DNA of 64,000 nucleotides from Rhodanobacteraceae bacterium. GTDB taxonomy: Bacteria; Pseudomonadota; Gammaproteobacteria; Xanthomonadales; Rhodanobacteraceae. The notes under the pieces were generated by a model that searched no databases, was not told where the DNA came from, and was given only the letters and a program-made list of their open reading frames with translations. The stretch spans positions 2,397 through 66,396 of the forward strand of contig DATNFU010000016.1 of the NCBI GenBank assembly GCA_035606235.1, written 5' to 3'. Made by a program: the position numbers and the translations under genes. The number at the start of each line of letters is the position of its first letter. The stretch's first letter is position 1. Shown one piece after another: positions 31,743-41,723 of the stretch.

Positions 31743-32912
31743 TTAAATCCTTGCCAGGGCTTGCTCCAAATCGGCGATCAGCACATCCGGATCCTCCAGA
31801 CCGATCGAAAGCCGGATCAGATGCGGCGGCGCATCCCCGGGTGCGCCGATCGCCTTGGTCGCGGGCGGGAAAAACGCCGCGGTCGGACACACCAGCGATT
31901 CGTAGCCGCCCCAGGAAACGCTGAGCAGGAACCGCTGCAGCGCATCGCAACACCGTTCCACCGCGCTGGTGTCGACGCAGCGTGGCGCGAACGACAGCAG
32001 GCCGCCTGACATGCACATCTGCCGCCTCGCCAGTTCGTGCTGCGGGTGCGAACGCAGATGCGGATACCACACATGCTCGACTTTCGGATGGGCCTCCAGC
32101 CATTGCGCGATCTTCAAAGCGCTGGTGCCGCTACGCTCCACGCGCAGGCGCAAGGTGCGCAGACCGCGCAGCATCAGCCAGGCATCATGCGGCGACGGCG
32201 ACGCACCGAAGGTCATGAACGGCCCCTTGAAGACATCCTCCAGGACCGCGCGCGGTCCGCACAGCGCACCGGCAACGACATCGCTGTGTCCATTGAGATA
32301 TTTGGTGGCCGAGTGCGCGACCAGATCGACGCCGAGCGTGATCGGCGACTGGTTCAGCGGGCTCGCGTAGCTGTTGTCGCACAATGTGCGGATGCCGCGT
32401 GCGCGCGCCAGCTTTGCGATCGCCCCCAGATCCTGCAATTCGAAAGTCAGCGAGTTTGGCGATTCCAGCACGATCAGCCTGGTTGCGGGTTCCAGCGCGG
32501 CCTCGATGTTCGCAGTATCGGTACCGTCCACGAATGCACAGCGCACGCCGAAGCGCGGCAGCAGTTGCGTCAGCAGCTTGTGTGTCCAGCTATAGGGCTT
32601 GTGCACGCATATCACGTGATCGCCCGCGGATACGCTTGCCACAATCGCGGCGGAAATTGCCGCGGCGCCCGATGAAAATACCAGACAATCCTCGGCGCCT
32701 TCCAGCGCGGCGATTTTTTTGCGCAGGATTTCGACGGTAGGGTTGTTGCCGCGTGTATAGCAGTGCTCGCCATATTCATCACGCATGCGCGTGCGCATGT
32801 CGGCGACCGATTCGAAACAGAAGATGGAAGTCTGGATGACCGGCGGCGCGACGGCGCCGAAATAGCGCTCGCGCTCCTCGCCGAGGTGGGTCAGGATCCA
32901 GTCGATGTCCAT
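31743..32912 (-). CDS. Cys/Met-metabolism PLP-dependent enzyme (cystathionine gamma-synthase/beta-lyase/Met gamma-lyase family)
   Basis: HSATKYLNGHSDVVAG PLP-lysine motif; 389 aa. Confidence 0.85.
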   Translation of the reverse strand: MDIDWILTHLGEERERYFGAVAPPVIQTSIFCFESVADMRTRMRDEYGEHCYTRGNNPTVEILRKKIAALEGAEDCLVFSSGAAAISAAIVASVSAGDHVICVHKPYSWTHKLLTQLLPRFGVRCAFVDGTDTANIEAALEPATRLIVLESPNSLTFELQDLGAIAKLARARGIRTLCDNSYASPLNQSPITLGVDLVAHSATKYLNGHSDVVAGALCGPRAVLEDVFKGPFMTFGASPSPHDAWLMLRGLRTLRLRVERSGTSALKIAQWLEAHPKVEHVWYPHLRSHPQHELARRQMCMSGGLLSFAPRCVDTSAVERCCDALQRFLLSVSWGGYESLVCPTAAFFPPATKAIGAPGDAPPHLIRLSIGLEDPDVLIADLEQALARI

Positions 32913-32949
32913 GTCGTTGGCGTCGAGAGCACAAGTAAACGCGGGCTAT

Positions 32950-33061
32950 CCGCAAGGAACACAAAGAACGCGAAGAAAAGCATGTCGAAAACAGCAAAGA
33001 ACGGCGCGAGGTTCTGATCGAATCGTTGTTGATCTCTTTGCGCTCTTTGCGTCCTTCGCGG
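32950..33061. repeat. Long imperfect inverted repeat (about 30-nt A/G-rich arm and its complement, about 50-nt loop) in the galU / PLP-enzyme spacer
   Basis: CCGCAAGGAACACAAAGAACGCGAAGAAAAGC against the reverse complement of GATCTCTTTGCGCTCTTTGCGTCCTTCGCGG. Several mismatches become G-U pairs on the minus-strand RNA. Confidence 0.7.
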
Positions 33062-33071
33062 AAGAAATGCT

Positions 33072-33959
33072 CTATTCTGATTGATGCGTAAATTCCCGCA
33101 CAATGCCGGCCAGCGCGGGATCGCGCAGGGCGAAGTGCAGCGTGGCGCGCACCAGACCCGGCTTGCTGCCGCAATCAAAGCGCGTGCCCTGGAACCGGCA
33201 GGCCAGCACGGGCGACTCCGCCAACAGTGCAGCAATTGCATCGGTCAATTGGATCTCGCCGCCGGCACCGGGCCTGGTATTTTCAAGCAACGAAAAAATG
33301 CGCGCGGGCAATACATAGCGACCGACAATGGCGAGGTTGGAGGGCGCGTTCTCCGGGTTCGGCTTTTCGACTACGTGACGAATGCGCGCGGCGGGTTCGT
33401 TCGCCCCGCCGACATCCACGATGCCGTACTTGTTCGTCTCGTTGCGCGGTACTTCCTCCACCGCCAATACCGAGGCGTGCTCGGTCGCGGCGAGTTCGGC
33501 CATCTGTTTCAAGGCGCTCGCACCTTCGGTGACGATCAGGTCATCGGGCAGGATCACGCCGAAGGGCTCATCGCCGATCACCGGCCTGGCGCACAGCACG
33601 GCATGCCCCAGGCCAAGCGCCTGCTCCTGGGTTACATACACGCAACGCACGTGCGGCGGCAGCAAGCCCTGCACCAGCGAAAGCAATTTGTGCTTGCCGG
33701 CGCGATCGAGCGTTTCCTCCAGCTCGTAGGCGGAATCGAAGTAGTCGGCGATCGCATGTTTGTAGCGGTTGGTGACGAACACCAGCGTATCGGCGCCGGC
33801 ATTCACCGCCTCGTCCACTGCATACTGGATCAGCGGACGATCCAGCACCGGCAGCATCTCCTTGGCGACAACCTTCGTCGCGGGCAAGAAGCGCGTGCCC
33901 AACCCTGCAACCGGGAAGACCACCTTGCGGATGCGTTGGGGCGTCCGGGCTTCGTTCAT
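33072..33959 (-). CDS. galU: UTP--glucose-1-phosphate uridylyltransferase
   Basis: KVVFPVAGLGTRFLPATKVVAKEMLPV; GAGGAGAGG immediately upstream of ATG 33959. Confidence 0.95.
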   Translation of the reverse strand: MNEARTPQRIRKVVFPVAGLGTRFLPATKVVAKEMLPVLDRPLIQYAVDEAVNAGADTLVFVTNRYKHAIADYFDSAYELEETLDRAGKHKLLSLVQGLLPPHVRCVYVTQEQALGLGHAVLCARPVIGDEPFGVILPDDLIVTEGASALKQMAELAATEHASVLAVEEVPRNETNKYGIVDVGGANEPAARIRHVVEKPNPENAPSNLAIVGRYVLPARIFSLLENTRPGAGGEIQLTDAIAALLAESPVLACRFQGTRFDCGSKPGLVRATLHFALRDPALAGIVREFTHQSE

Positions 33960-34113
33960 TTCCTCTCCTCGCATCAAACAGGGATAACGATCCGCGAATC
34001 GCCAGTAAACGCGAACAAGTCGAGATCAGGCGCCGGATCGGCTCCGTGTATCCCTGCGCTCATTGGCGGACGGGTTGCTCTTGCAAAGGTGCTGCACTCT
34101 CATGCGGTTCACT

Positions 34114-36012
34114 TCAGGCGGATTGTTCGCCGTGCAGTGGCCGCACGTTGTCGGTTTCATGGGGTTCGCCGGCCTGCCAGCGATAGCCCGGCAGCAACCC
34201 GGCTACGCAGGCTTGCAGTGCATCCTCATCGAACTGCGAAGTGGCCATTGCCGCGCGATCGATCTGCGCCAGCACCAGCGCACTGGCGAATTCGCGCTGT
34301 GCGGCGCGGAATATCTTCGGGTGCGCCGTGCCGGTGTAATTCTCCAGCGGGTGAAACAGTTCCTCGAACAATTTTTCGCCAGGGCGCAAGCCGGTGTAGA
34401 CGATCGCCACGTCGCGACCGGCTTGCTTGCCGGCAAGCCGGATCATCTGTTCGGCGAGATCACGGATGCGCACCGGCTCGCCCATGTCGAGCGCGTAGGT
34501 CTCACCGCCCTGCCCCATTGCGGTCGCCTGCAGGATCAACTGGCAGGCTTCCGGAATGGTCATGAAGTAGCGCGAGATTTCCGGATGCGTCACAGTCACC
34601 GGGCCGCCGGCGCGAATCTGCTCGCGGAACAGCGGCACCACCGAGCCCGCCGAATCCAGCACGTTGCCGAATCGCACCGTGATGAACCGCGTGCGCGATT
34701 CCTTGGCAACCGCCTGGCAGACGATCTCGGCTATCCGCTTGCAGGCGCCCATCACGCTGGTCGGGTTGACCGCCTTGTCGGTGGAAATCAGCACGAAGCT
34801 TTCCACGCCATGCCGCGCGGCTGCTTCGGCCGCCACGCGCGTGGCCAGCACGTTGTTGCGGAACGCCTCGCGCAGTTGCTCTTGCAGCAACGGCACGTGC
34901 TTGTAGGCGGCAGCATGAAATACGGCATTCGGGCGCGCGAGCGCGAACGCGCGCTCGCAGGTGGCCGGATCTCCGCAGTTGCCGATCAGGCCGCGGAACA
35001 GCAACTCCGGATAGTTCGCGCGCAGTTCCTGCTCGATCCGATAAAGGTTGTATTCGGAAAGTTCGATTACGGTGAGCGAGGCTGCGCCCAGGCGCGCGAC
35101 CTGCCGGCACAACTCCGCGCCGATGGAACCGCCGCCGCCGGTGATCAGCACGTGGCGTTCGGTAAGGCTTTGCCGGATCGCGCTCCAATCCAGTTTCACC
35201 TGTTCGCGGCCGAGCAGATCCTCGATCGCCACTTCCTTCAATTCGTTGAACTGCGCGCGCCCGGCGACCACGTCTTCCAGCCGTGGCACGGTGCGGAACG
35301 GCAGGCCGGTTTCCTCGCATAATTCCACCACCCGTCGCATCTGCGCCTTGTCCGCCGAAGGCATCGCGATCAACAGCATTTCCGCGCCCGATTCGCGGGC
35401 GAGTTCCGGCAGGCGATCAATGCGCCCGAGGACCGGAATGCCGTGCACGCGGGCGCCGCGCAAGGATTCGCTGTCGTCGATGAAGCCCACCGCGTGATGG
35501 TCCTGGTCGTGGCGCAGATCGCGGATCAAAGCTTCCCCCGCGCGTCCCGCGCCGATCACCAGCACGCGCTTGCTGCGCCTGGTGGAAAACAGATCGATGC
35601 GGCTGTCTTTCCAGTAGCGATAAGCCAGACGCGGCAAACCCAGCAGCACGCACAGCAGCGCCGGATAGATCAGCAGCACGGAACGCGGAATGCCTTGCAA
35701 GCGGCTGTACAGAAACAAGGCGAGACCGATCGCCAGCGCTCCCACCACGCTGGCGCGCAGGATGTTCCATAGATCCGGCAAGCTGGCGAACCGCCACAGA
35801 CCCTTGTACAACCCCGTCCAGTAGAAAATCGCGCCTTGCACGATCAGCACGATCGCCAATTCCGGCGAGAAGATGCTGATCGGCATCGGCTGCGGCAGCA
35901 ACGCGTAACGCAGCGCGTCGGCGAGGGTCCAGGCGATCGCGACCATCAGCAGATCGTGCACGACCACCGCCGCGCGCGGATGCAGTTTGCTGATCAGGCT
36001 ACGCGGCGTCAT
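34114..36012 (-). CDS. Membrane-anchored nucleoside-diphosphate-sugar 4,6-dehydratase/epimerase (WbpM/CapD/PglF family)
   Basis: 632 aa; N-terminal TM helices; VLVIGAGRAGE and ITGGGGSIGAEL Rossmann motifs. Confidence 0.88.
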   Translation of the reverse strand: MTPRSLISKLHPRAAVVVHDLLMVAIAWTLADALRYALLPQPMPISIFSPELAIVLIVQGAIFYWTGLYKGLWRFASLPDLWNILRASVVGALAIGLALFLYSRLQGIPRSVLLIYPALLCVLLGLPRLAYRYWKDSRIDLFSTRRSKRVLVIGAGRAGEALIRDLRHDQDHHAVGFIDDSESLRGARVHGIPVLGRIDRLPELARESGAEMLLIAMPSADKAQMRRVVELCEETGLPFRTVPRLEDVVAGRAQFNELKEVAIEDLLGREQVKLDWSAIRQSLTERHVLITGGGGSIGAELCRQVARLGAASLTVIELSEYNLYRIEQELRANYPELLFRGLIGNCGDPATCERAFALARPNAVFHAAAYKHVPLLQEQLREAFRNNVLATRVAAEAAARHGVESFVLISTDKAVNPTSVMGACKRIAEIVCQAVAKESRTRFITVRFGNVLDSAGSVVPLFREQIRAGGPVTVTHPEISRYFMTIPEACQLILQATAMGQGGETYALDMGEPVRIRDLAEQMIRLAGKQAGRDVAIVYTGLRPGEKLFEELFHPLENYTGTAHPKIFRAAQREFASALVLAQIDRAAMATSQFDEDALQACVAGLLPGYRWQAGEPHETDNVRPLHGEQSA

Positions 36013-37096
36013 GCGAAAACCTCTGCCGCGCGGACGTCAGGCACGCGCGCTTGCCACTGCACCAGACTATGCACGCGCCGGCGTATACCGCGGCGCAAAT
36101 GGCAACGCCGAGCGAGGGCCAGCGCGTGGTCGCCCAGGCCGCTGGCGCCGCGATGATCAGGTTCCAGGCTAGGTACATGGCATCCGTTCGCGCGTGACTG
36201 AACCCTGCGCGCACCATCCACTGGTACAGGTGCTCGCGGTGGGCAGTGTACCAACGCTTGCCCGTCAGCATGCGCGCCAGCAACGTCAAGCCCGCGTCCA
36301 CAATGAAGGCCGATGACAGAATGGCGCATGGCCACAGCATCGCAAACGAGCGCTGCACCAGCAGGCCGGCGAAGGCCGCAAGCAACCATCCCAGCGTGCC
36401 GCTGCCGACATCGCCCATGAAGATCCGCGCAGGTGGCCGGTTGAACAGCAGGAATCCCAGGCACGCGGTGGCGGATGTCAGCGCCGCCGCGGTCAATGCG
36501 GTTTGGTCCATCTGACGTGCGAGCAGCGCGTAGCCGATCAATACGAATGTGGCTTGCATCCCGAGCAGCGCATCGATGCCGTCCATGAAATTGTGCGCGT
36601 TGATACTGCCCGCGATGATGATGGAAACCGGAATCAGCCAGACCCACAGGCGTGGATCGGATTGTGCAACCGGCAGCAGCAGGAGCGCGCCGGTCGCCAG
36701 CGCCGTGAATAGATGCACGCCTATGCGTGGCAGCACCGGCAGCGGCGCATGGTCGTCGCGCCAACCTACCGCTGCCACGGCCAGCAGCATCAACCCGAGC
36801 ACGATCACTGTCCCGAGCGGGCGTGGCCGCGGCAACAGCGTCAACACCGGCATCGCGCAGACCAACACCGCGACAACGATGCCGATGCCGCCGCCGCGCG
36901 GAGTGGGCTGCGTGTGCGAGCGTCGCTGCCCCGGCAGATCGAGCAGCCCGCGCTTGCGCGCATAGGCCAAGCTGGCCGCGACCACGATCACGGAGACAAG
37001 AAATCCGCAAGCGGCGCTGATGATGGTTGGCACGATTTCGATCACGCGCGCTTTAGGGTAGCGTGCGCATCGCGCACGATGAAGGTCTGTGGCCAC
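35999..37096 (-). CDS. Glycosyltransferase family 4 (WbpL/WecA-like polyprenyl-phosphate N-acetylhexosamine-1-phosphate transferase)
   Basis: Polytopic membrane protein; NAHNFMDGIDAL and FMGDVGS motifs. The start is uncertain (a GTG near 37045 is possible). It overlaps the downstream gene by 14 nt. Confidence 0.82.
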   Translation of the reverse strand: MATDLHRARCARYPKARVIEIVPTIISAACGFLVSVIVVAASLAYARKRGLLDLPGQRRSHTQPTPRGGGIGIVVAVLVCAMPVLTLLPRPRPLGTVIVLGLMLLAVAAVGWRDDHAPLPVLPRIGVHLFTALATGALLLLPVAQSDPRLWVWLIPVSIIIAGSINAHNFMDGIDALLGMQATFVLIGYALLARQMDQTALTAAALTSATACLGFLLFNRPPARIFMGDVGSGTLGWLLAAFAGLLVQRSFAMLWPCAILSSAFIVDAGLTLLARMLTGKRWYTAHREHLYQWMVRAGFSHARTDAMYLAWNLIIAAPAAWATTRWPSLGVAICAAVYAGACIVWCSGKRACLTSARQRFSHDAA

Positions 37097-37132
37097 GCGT
37101 GGCGTGCGCAGAGTGCACGTTACGCGAACACG

Positions 37133-38320
37133 CTATTCGTTCACCACGCCATGAATGGGCCGCACGGTGCCCCAATTCTTGCAACTCGGGCACTGCCAGT
37201 GATGCGCCTTGGCGCCGAAACCACAACGGCTGCAGCGATACATCGCCTGGCCCTCCACCAGCTTGCGGGTGAGGTCGCGCAGGATCAGGAAATTCTCGCG
37301 GGCCTCGCCCGTGGTTTTGTCCAGGGTGGCGTCGATCAACGCCATCAGCCCACGCACCGACGGACGCTGGCGCAATTGTCGGGTCAGGAAATCCACCGCG
37401 GTGCGCTCGCCTTCGCGGCCGGCGTACAGGCGCATCAGCGCCAGCACCGGCGAAATGCCGTGATAGCGCTGGATCACGTCCACCAGAAACTTCTCGGCGC
37501 GATCCATCTGCTGCGAGCGCGCGTAGTTGTCCAGCAATGGCGGCAGCACTTCCGGCACGAAATCCACATCGGCGCGTACCGCATGTTCGAACGCGTCCAC
37601 GGCGCCGGTACGATCGCCCGCTTCGGCCATCAGGTGGCCGGCGATCATGTGCGCACGCACGCAGTTGGGCTCGCTGGCGAAAGCCTGATCCAGATACTCA
37701 CGCGCTTCCTCGCGCGCGCCGTGCGTGCGGGACTGCTCGGCCAGTTCGCAATAGAACTGCGCGATGATCGGCGCCTGTGATTCGCCGGTCATGGTTTCCA
37801 ACCGGCGCGCGTGATCGATGGCCTTGTGCCAATCGCGTTCGTGCTGGTAGATCGCGATCAGATGACGCAGTGCCGAAGGCGCATGCGCGTTCATCGCCAC
37901 CAGGTCATCGAACAGCGCCTCCGCGCGGTCGAGCAGGCCGGCGCGCATGTAATCCTCGCCAAGCTCCAGCAGCGCCACGGTCTTCTCGCCCTCGCTCAGG
38001 TTAGGGCGCCCGACCAGATGCTGATGCACACGAATCGCGCGATCCACCTCGCCGCGCCGGCGGAACAGGTTGCCCAGCGCGAGATGCGTTTCCACCGTGT
38101 CACGATTGAACTCGGCGAGCTTCATGAATACCTCGATCGCCTTGTCCGGCTGCTCGTTGAGCAGATAGTTCAAGCCGCGGAAGTAGCTCGACGACAGCTC
38201 GCGCGTGCGCGCGCCGGAACTGCGCGCGCTGGTGTGCCGGCCGATCAGCCAACCGGACCAGGCAGCCACCGGCAGCAGCAGGAACAACAGATAGAGCGGA
38301 TGCAACAACAAGGCGTTCAT
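37133..38320 (-). CDS. lapB: Lipopolysaccharide assembly protein LapB (YciM)
   Basis: N-terminal TM, TPR repeats, and C-terminal rubredoxin-like YRCSRCGF...WQCPSCKNW. Confidence 0.92.
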   Translation of the reverse strand: MNALLLHPLYLLFLLLPVAAWSGWLIGRHTSARSSGARTRELSSSYFRGLNYLLNEQPDKAIEVFMKLAEFNRDTVETHLALGNLFRRRGEVDRAIRVHQHLVGRPNLSEGEKTVALLELGEDYMRAGLLDRAEALFDDLVAMNAHAPSALRHLIAIYQHERDWHKAIDHARRLETMTGESQAPIIAQFYCELAEQSRTHGAREEAREYLDQAFASEPNCVRAHMIAGHLMAEAGDRTGAVDAFEHAVRADVDFVPEVLPPLLDNYARSQQMDRAEKFLVDVIQRYHGISPVLALMRLYAGREGERTAVDFLTRQLRQRPSVRGLMALIDATLDKTTGEARENFLILRDLTRKLVEGQAMYRCSRCGFGAKAHHWQCPSCKNWGTVRPIHGVVNE

Positions 38321-38562
38321 GCTTTCTCGCGCGGGCGTCTGCTGAAAACGAGTTTGCGCTGCCGTGCGAAACCGGAACCGGCCCAGCACAAGGCACCGCC
38401 AAGCAACCAGCCAAGCAGCATCGCGACCAGCAACGCGGCGCCCTTGGAGACTTCCATGCGCGCAAACAGAAAGTCGTAAACAACCGGCTGCGGATTGAGC
38501 GCGCCGAACAGCGCTCCCAAAATCAGGAACAGCACCACGAGTACGACGGTCAACGCGCGCAT
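38317..38562 (-). CDS. lapA: Lipopolysaccharide assembly protein LapA (YciS, DUF1049)
   Basis: 81 aa, two TM helices; its stop overlaps the lapB start by 4 nt. Confidence 0.8.
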   Translation of the reverse strand: MRALTVVLVVLFLILGALFGALNPQPVVYDFLFARMEVSKGAALLVAMLLGWLLGGALCWAGSGFARQRKLVFSRRPREKA

Positions 38563-38675
38563 GGATCACCCGACGTTCGGATCACGCGCGCAATGTAACC
38601 GATTGCGATCCACTTGAACGGCACAGGTTCAGGTCGACTTTCGTGAAGAGTGCGGCGATGGATGGCCGCTTTTCA

Positions 38676-38960
38676 TCAGGGTTGATGATTGACCCGTTCG
38701 CGCAATTCCTTGCCCGGTTTGAAGTGCGGCACATGTTTGCCTGGCAGCGCCACCGCGGTGCCGGTCTTGGGATTGCGGCCGGTGCGCGGCGGACGATAGT
38801 GCAGCGAGAAACTGCCGAAGCCACGCACTTCGATGCGATCGCCGCTGGACAGCGCACCGCTCATCTGCTCGATGACGTTGCGCACCGCGAGTTCCACGTC
38901 GGTGAACGCGAGGTGTGTCTGACGCAGCGCGAGCGCTTCGATCAACTCGGATTTCGTCAT
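38676..38960 (-). CDS. ihfB: Integration host factor subunit beta
   Basis: [10 protein letters not shown]...[26 protein letters not shown]. Confidence 0.96.
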   Translation of the reverse strand: MTKSELIEALALRQTHLAFTDVELAVRNVIEQMSGALSSGDRIEVRGFGSFSLHYRPPRTGRNPKTGTAVALPGKHVPHFKPGKELRERVNHQP

Positions 38961-39060
38961 GGGGCGCGAGCTCGCAGGTTCCAACTTCACGGCTTCGATG
39001 ATTCGATGATGCATTCCGCAAGCGTGCGGGGCGTTGCGCCCCGCACGCACGTCGGCCCGA

Positions 39061-40734
39061 TTACTCCGACTTGTTCATCTGTTCCTTGAGCAAGGCGCCG
39101 AGCTTGGTGGTGGCGCTGCCGGAATCCTGATAATCCGACAATGTCTCGGCAAGCTCGTCTTCATCCTTGGCGCGGATCGACAACTGCAACAAGCGGCCCT
39201 TGCGATCCATGCCCGTGAACTTGGCTTCGACGGTGTCACCGACCTTGAAGTGCTGGGTGGCATCGTCCACGCGCTCCTTGGCGATGTCCCGGGCAGCGAG
39301 ATAACCTTCGAGACCTTCACCCAGATCGATTACCGCGCCGCGTGCATCGACTTCCTTGACCGTGCCGGTCAGGATCGAACCGCGCGGATGGTTGCCCATG
39401 AACTGACCGAAGGGATCCTGTTCGAGTTGCTTGACGCCCAGGCTGATGCGCTCGCGCTCCGGATCAACCGCCAGCACAACCGCTTCCACTTCGTCACCCT
39501 TCTTGAAGTTGCGCACCAGCTCCTCGCCCGGCGTCTGCCAGGAGATGTCGGACAAGTGCACCAGGCCGTCGATGCCGCCATCGAGACCGACGAAGATGCC
39601 GAAATCGGTGATCGACTTGATCGAACCCTTCACCTTGTCGCCCTTCTTGAAGGTGCCGGCGAAGGCTTCCCACGGATTGGCCTGGGTCTGCTTGATGCCG
39701 AGCGAAATGCGGCGACGCTCTTCATCCACGTCCAGTACCATCACTTCGACTTCGTCGCCGACCTGCACCATCTTGGCGGGATTGACGTTCTTGTTGGTCC
39801 AGTCCATTTCGGACACGTGCACCAGTCCTTCCACGCCCGGTTCCAGCTCCACGAAGCAGCCGTAATCGGTGACGTTGCTGACCTTGCCGAACAGGCGCGT
39901 GCCAGACGGATACCGGCGCGCGATGTTGACCCACGGATCGTCGCCCATCTGCTTGAGACCCAGCGACACGCGGTTGCGCTCGCGGTCGAACTTCAGCACG
40001 CGGACATCCAGCTCGTCGCCGACATTGACCACTTCGGACGGATGACGTACACGCTTCCACGCCATGTCGGTGATGTGCAGCAGGCCGTCGATGCCGCCCA
40101 GGTCCACGAATGCGCCGTAGTCGGTGAGGTTCTTGACCACGCCCTTGATGATCGCGCCTTCCTGCAGGCGCTCGAGCAACTGCTCGCGCTCTTCGGAATG
40201 CTCGCTCTCGACCACCGCGCGACGCGAAACCACCACGTTGTTGCGCTTGCGGTCGAGCTTGATGATCTTGAATTCGAGATCCTTGCCTTCCAGGTACCCC
40301 GGATCGCGTACCGGACGCACATCCACCAGCGAGCCCGGCAGGAACGCACGCACATCCTTGATATCGACGGTGAAACCGCCCTTGACCTTGCCGGAGATGC
40401 GGCCGGTGATCGCCTCGCTTTTTTCGAAGGCGTTTTCCAGCACATCCCAGACCAGCGCGCGCTTGGCCTTCTCGCGCGACAGCTTGGTCTCGCCGAAGCC
40501 GTCCTCCATCGCGTCCAGCGCGACCTTGACCTCGTCGCCGATATTGATCTCCAGCGTGCCATCGTCTTCACGGAACTGCTCGATCGGGACGATGCCTTCG
40601 GATTTCAGCCCCGCGTTGATCACGACCACGTCGGAACGGATGTCCACGACGATGCCGGACACAATGGAGCCGGGCTTCAGCTTGGCGATGGATTGGCTGC
40701 TCTGTTCGAACAGCTCAGCAAAACTCTCGTTCAT
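39061..40734 (-). CDS. rpsA: 30S ribosomal protein S1
   Basis: 557 aa from [12 protein letters not shown]; six S1 repeats ([30 protein letters not shown]). Confidence 0.97.
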   Translation of the reverse strand: MNESFAELFEQSSQSIAKLKPGSIVSGIVVDIRSDVVVINAGLKSEGIVPIEQFREDDGTLEINIGDEVKVALDAMEDGFGETKLSREKAKRALVWDVLENAFEKSEAITGRISGKVKGGFTVDIKDVRAFLPGSLVDVRPVRDPGYLEGKDLEFKIIKLDRKRNNVVVSRRAVVESEHSEEREQLLERLQEGAIIKGVVKNLTDYGAFVDLGGIDGLLHITDMAWKRVRHPSEVVNVGDELDVRVLKFDRERNRVSLGLKQMGDDPWVNIARRYPSGTRLFGKVSNVTDYGCFVELEPGVEGLVHVSEMDWTNKNVNPAKMVQVGDEVEVMVLDVDEERRRISLGIKQTQANPWEAFAGTFKKGDKVKGSIKSITDFGIFVGLDGGIDGLVHLSDISWQTPGEELVRNFKKGDEVEAVVLAVDPERERISLGVKQLEQDPFGQFMGNHPRGSILTGTVKEVDARGAVIDLGEGLEGYLAARDIAKERVDDATQHFKVGDTVEAKFTGMDRKGRLLQLSIRAKDEDELAETLSDYQDSGSATTKLGALLKEQMNKSE

Positions 40735-41005
40735 AAAATTTCCAGTGGGGGAAAGGACCGCGCTGCCTGCAACACTCATTGTTTCGATTCCAGGCGACGA
40801 TCCGCCGGTTGGGGGCGCTTGCGCGCCGTTGGTTGGGAATATTCCATTTGTCTGGACACGTCCATCCCGAACTTGTCAGACCACGACGAACCCGGTGCAT
40901 ATCCGGATTCGTTTTTCGTGGGGTCGGACACGCGCCGCAAATGCGTGCCCTATCCACCTGCAAGCCTCCTTGGCCAGCATGGCTGTTGCCGTCGCCCGTA
41001 AACGA

Positions 41006-41680
41006 TCACTGCTGCAACAGCGACAACACCTTTGCCACGACTTGATCGATCGGCATCCCGGTCGTATCCACCATCACCGCGTCGCTGGCTGGCTTCAACG
41101 GCGAAACCGCACGCGACGCATCGCGAGCGTCGCGCGCCTCGATCTCGTGCAAAAGGCTGGCTAGTGTAACCTCCAGACCCTTTTCCTTCAACTGCTTATA
41201 GCGTCTTTGCGCGCGCTCGCCAGTGCTGGCGGTCAGGAACACCTTGTGGGCTGCGTCCGGGAAGATCACCGTGCCCATGTCGCGGCCGTCGGCTACCAGT
41301 CCCGGCGGCTTGCGGAAAGCCAGCTGCATCGCGACCAGCGCCTGGCGCACAGAAGGGATGGCGGCAATGGCGGAGGCCGCGGCACCCGCGGTTTCGGTGC
41401 GGATGGCGTCGGTGGCGTCATGACCGTTGACGATCACGCGTGCCTCGCCACCATCTTTGGGGTCGCGAAAGGCGATTTCCATTGCCTGGGCGCAGCTTGT
41501 CAGCGCGGCGGCATCACTCAGGCTCAGCTTCGCTCGCGCGGCCGCATAGCCGACGGCGCGATACAACGCACCGGAATCGAGCAGATGCCAACCGAGCTGG
41601 TCGGCGACCGCACGTGCGATCGTACCCTTGCCCGAACCCGAGGGACCGTCGATGGTCAGGACGGGAATGTCGATAGCCAT
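41006..41680 (-). CDS. cmk: (d)CMP kinase
   Basis: [18 protein letters not shown]-loop; position between aroA and rpsA. Confidence 0.95.
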   Translation of the reverse strand: MAIDIPVLTIDGPSGSGKGTIARAVADQLGWHLLDSGALYRAVGYAAARAKLSLSDAAALTSCAQAMEIAFRDPKDGGEARVIVNGHDATDAIRTETAGAAASAIAAIPSVRQALVAMQLAFRKPPGLVADGRDMGTVIFPDAAHKVFLTASTGERAQRRYKQLKEKGLEVTLASLLHEIEARDARDASRAVSPLKPASDAVMVDTTGMPIDQVVAKVLSLLQQ

Positions 41681-41723
41681 TATATTTTAATACAATTAGT
41701 TGAGAAACTATTATAAGGTAATT

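Noticed and set aside
40781-40791. GTTTCGATTCC, a tRNA T-loop-like string in the rpsA upstream region
   Set aside because: The flanking bases do not form a T-stem and no acceptor or anticodon arms can be drawn. It is not a tRNA.
39034-41001. 655-aa plus-strand ORF antisense to rpsA
   Set aside because: It is a shadow ORF; rpsA on the minus strand is unambiguous.
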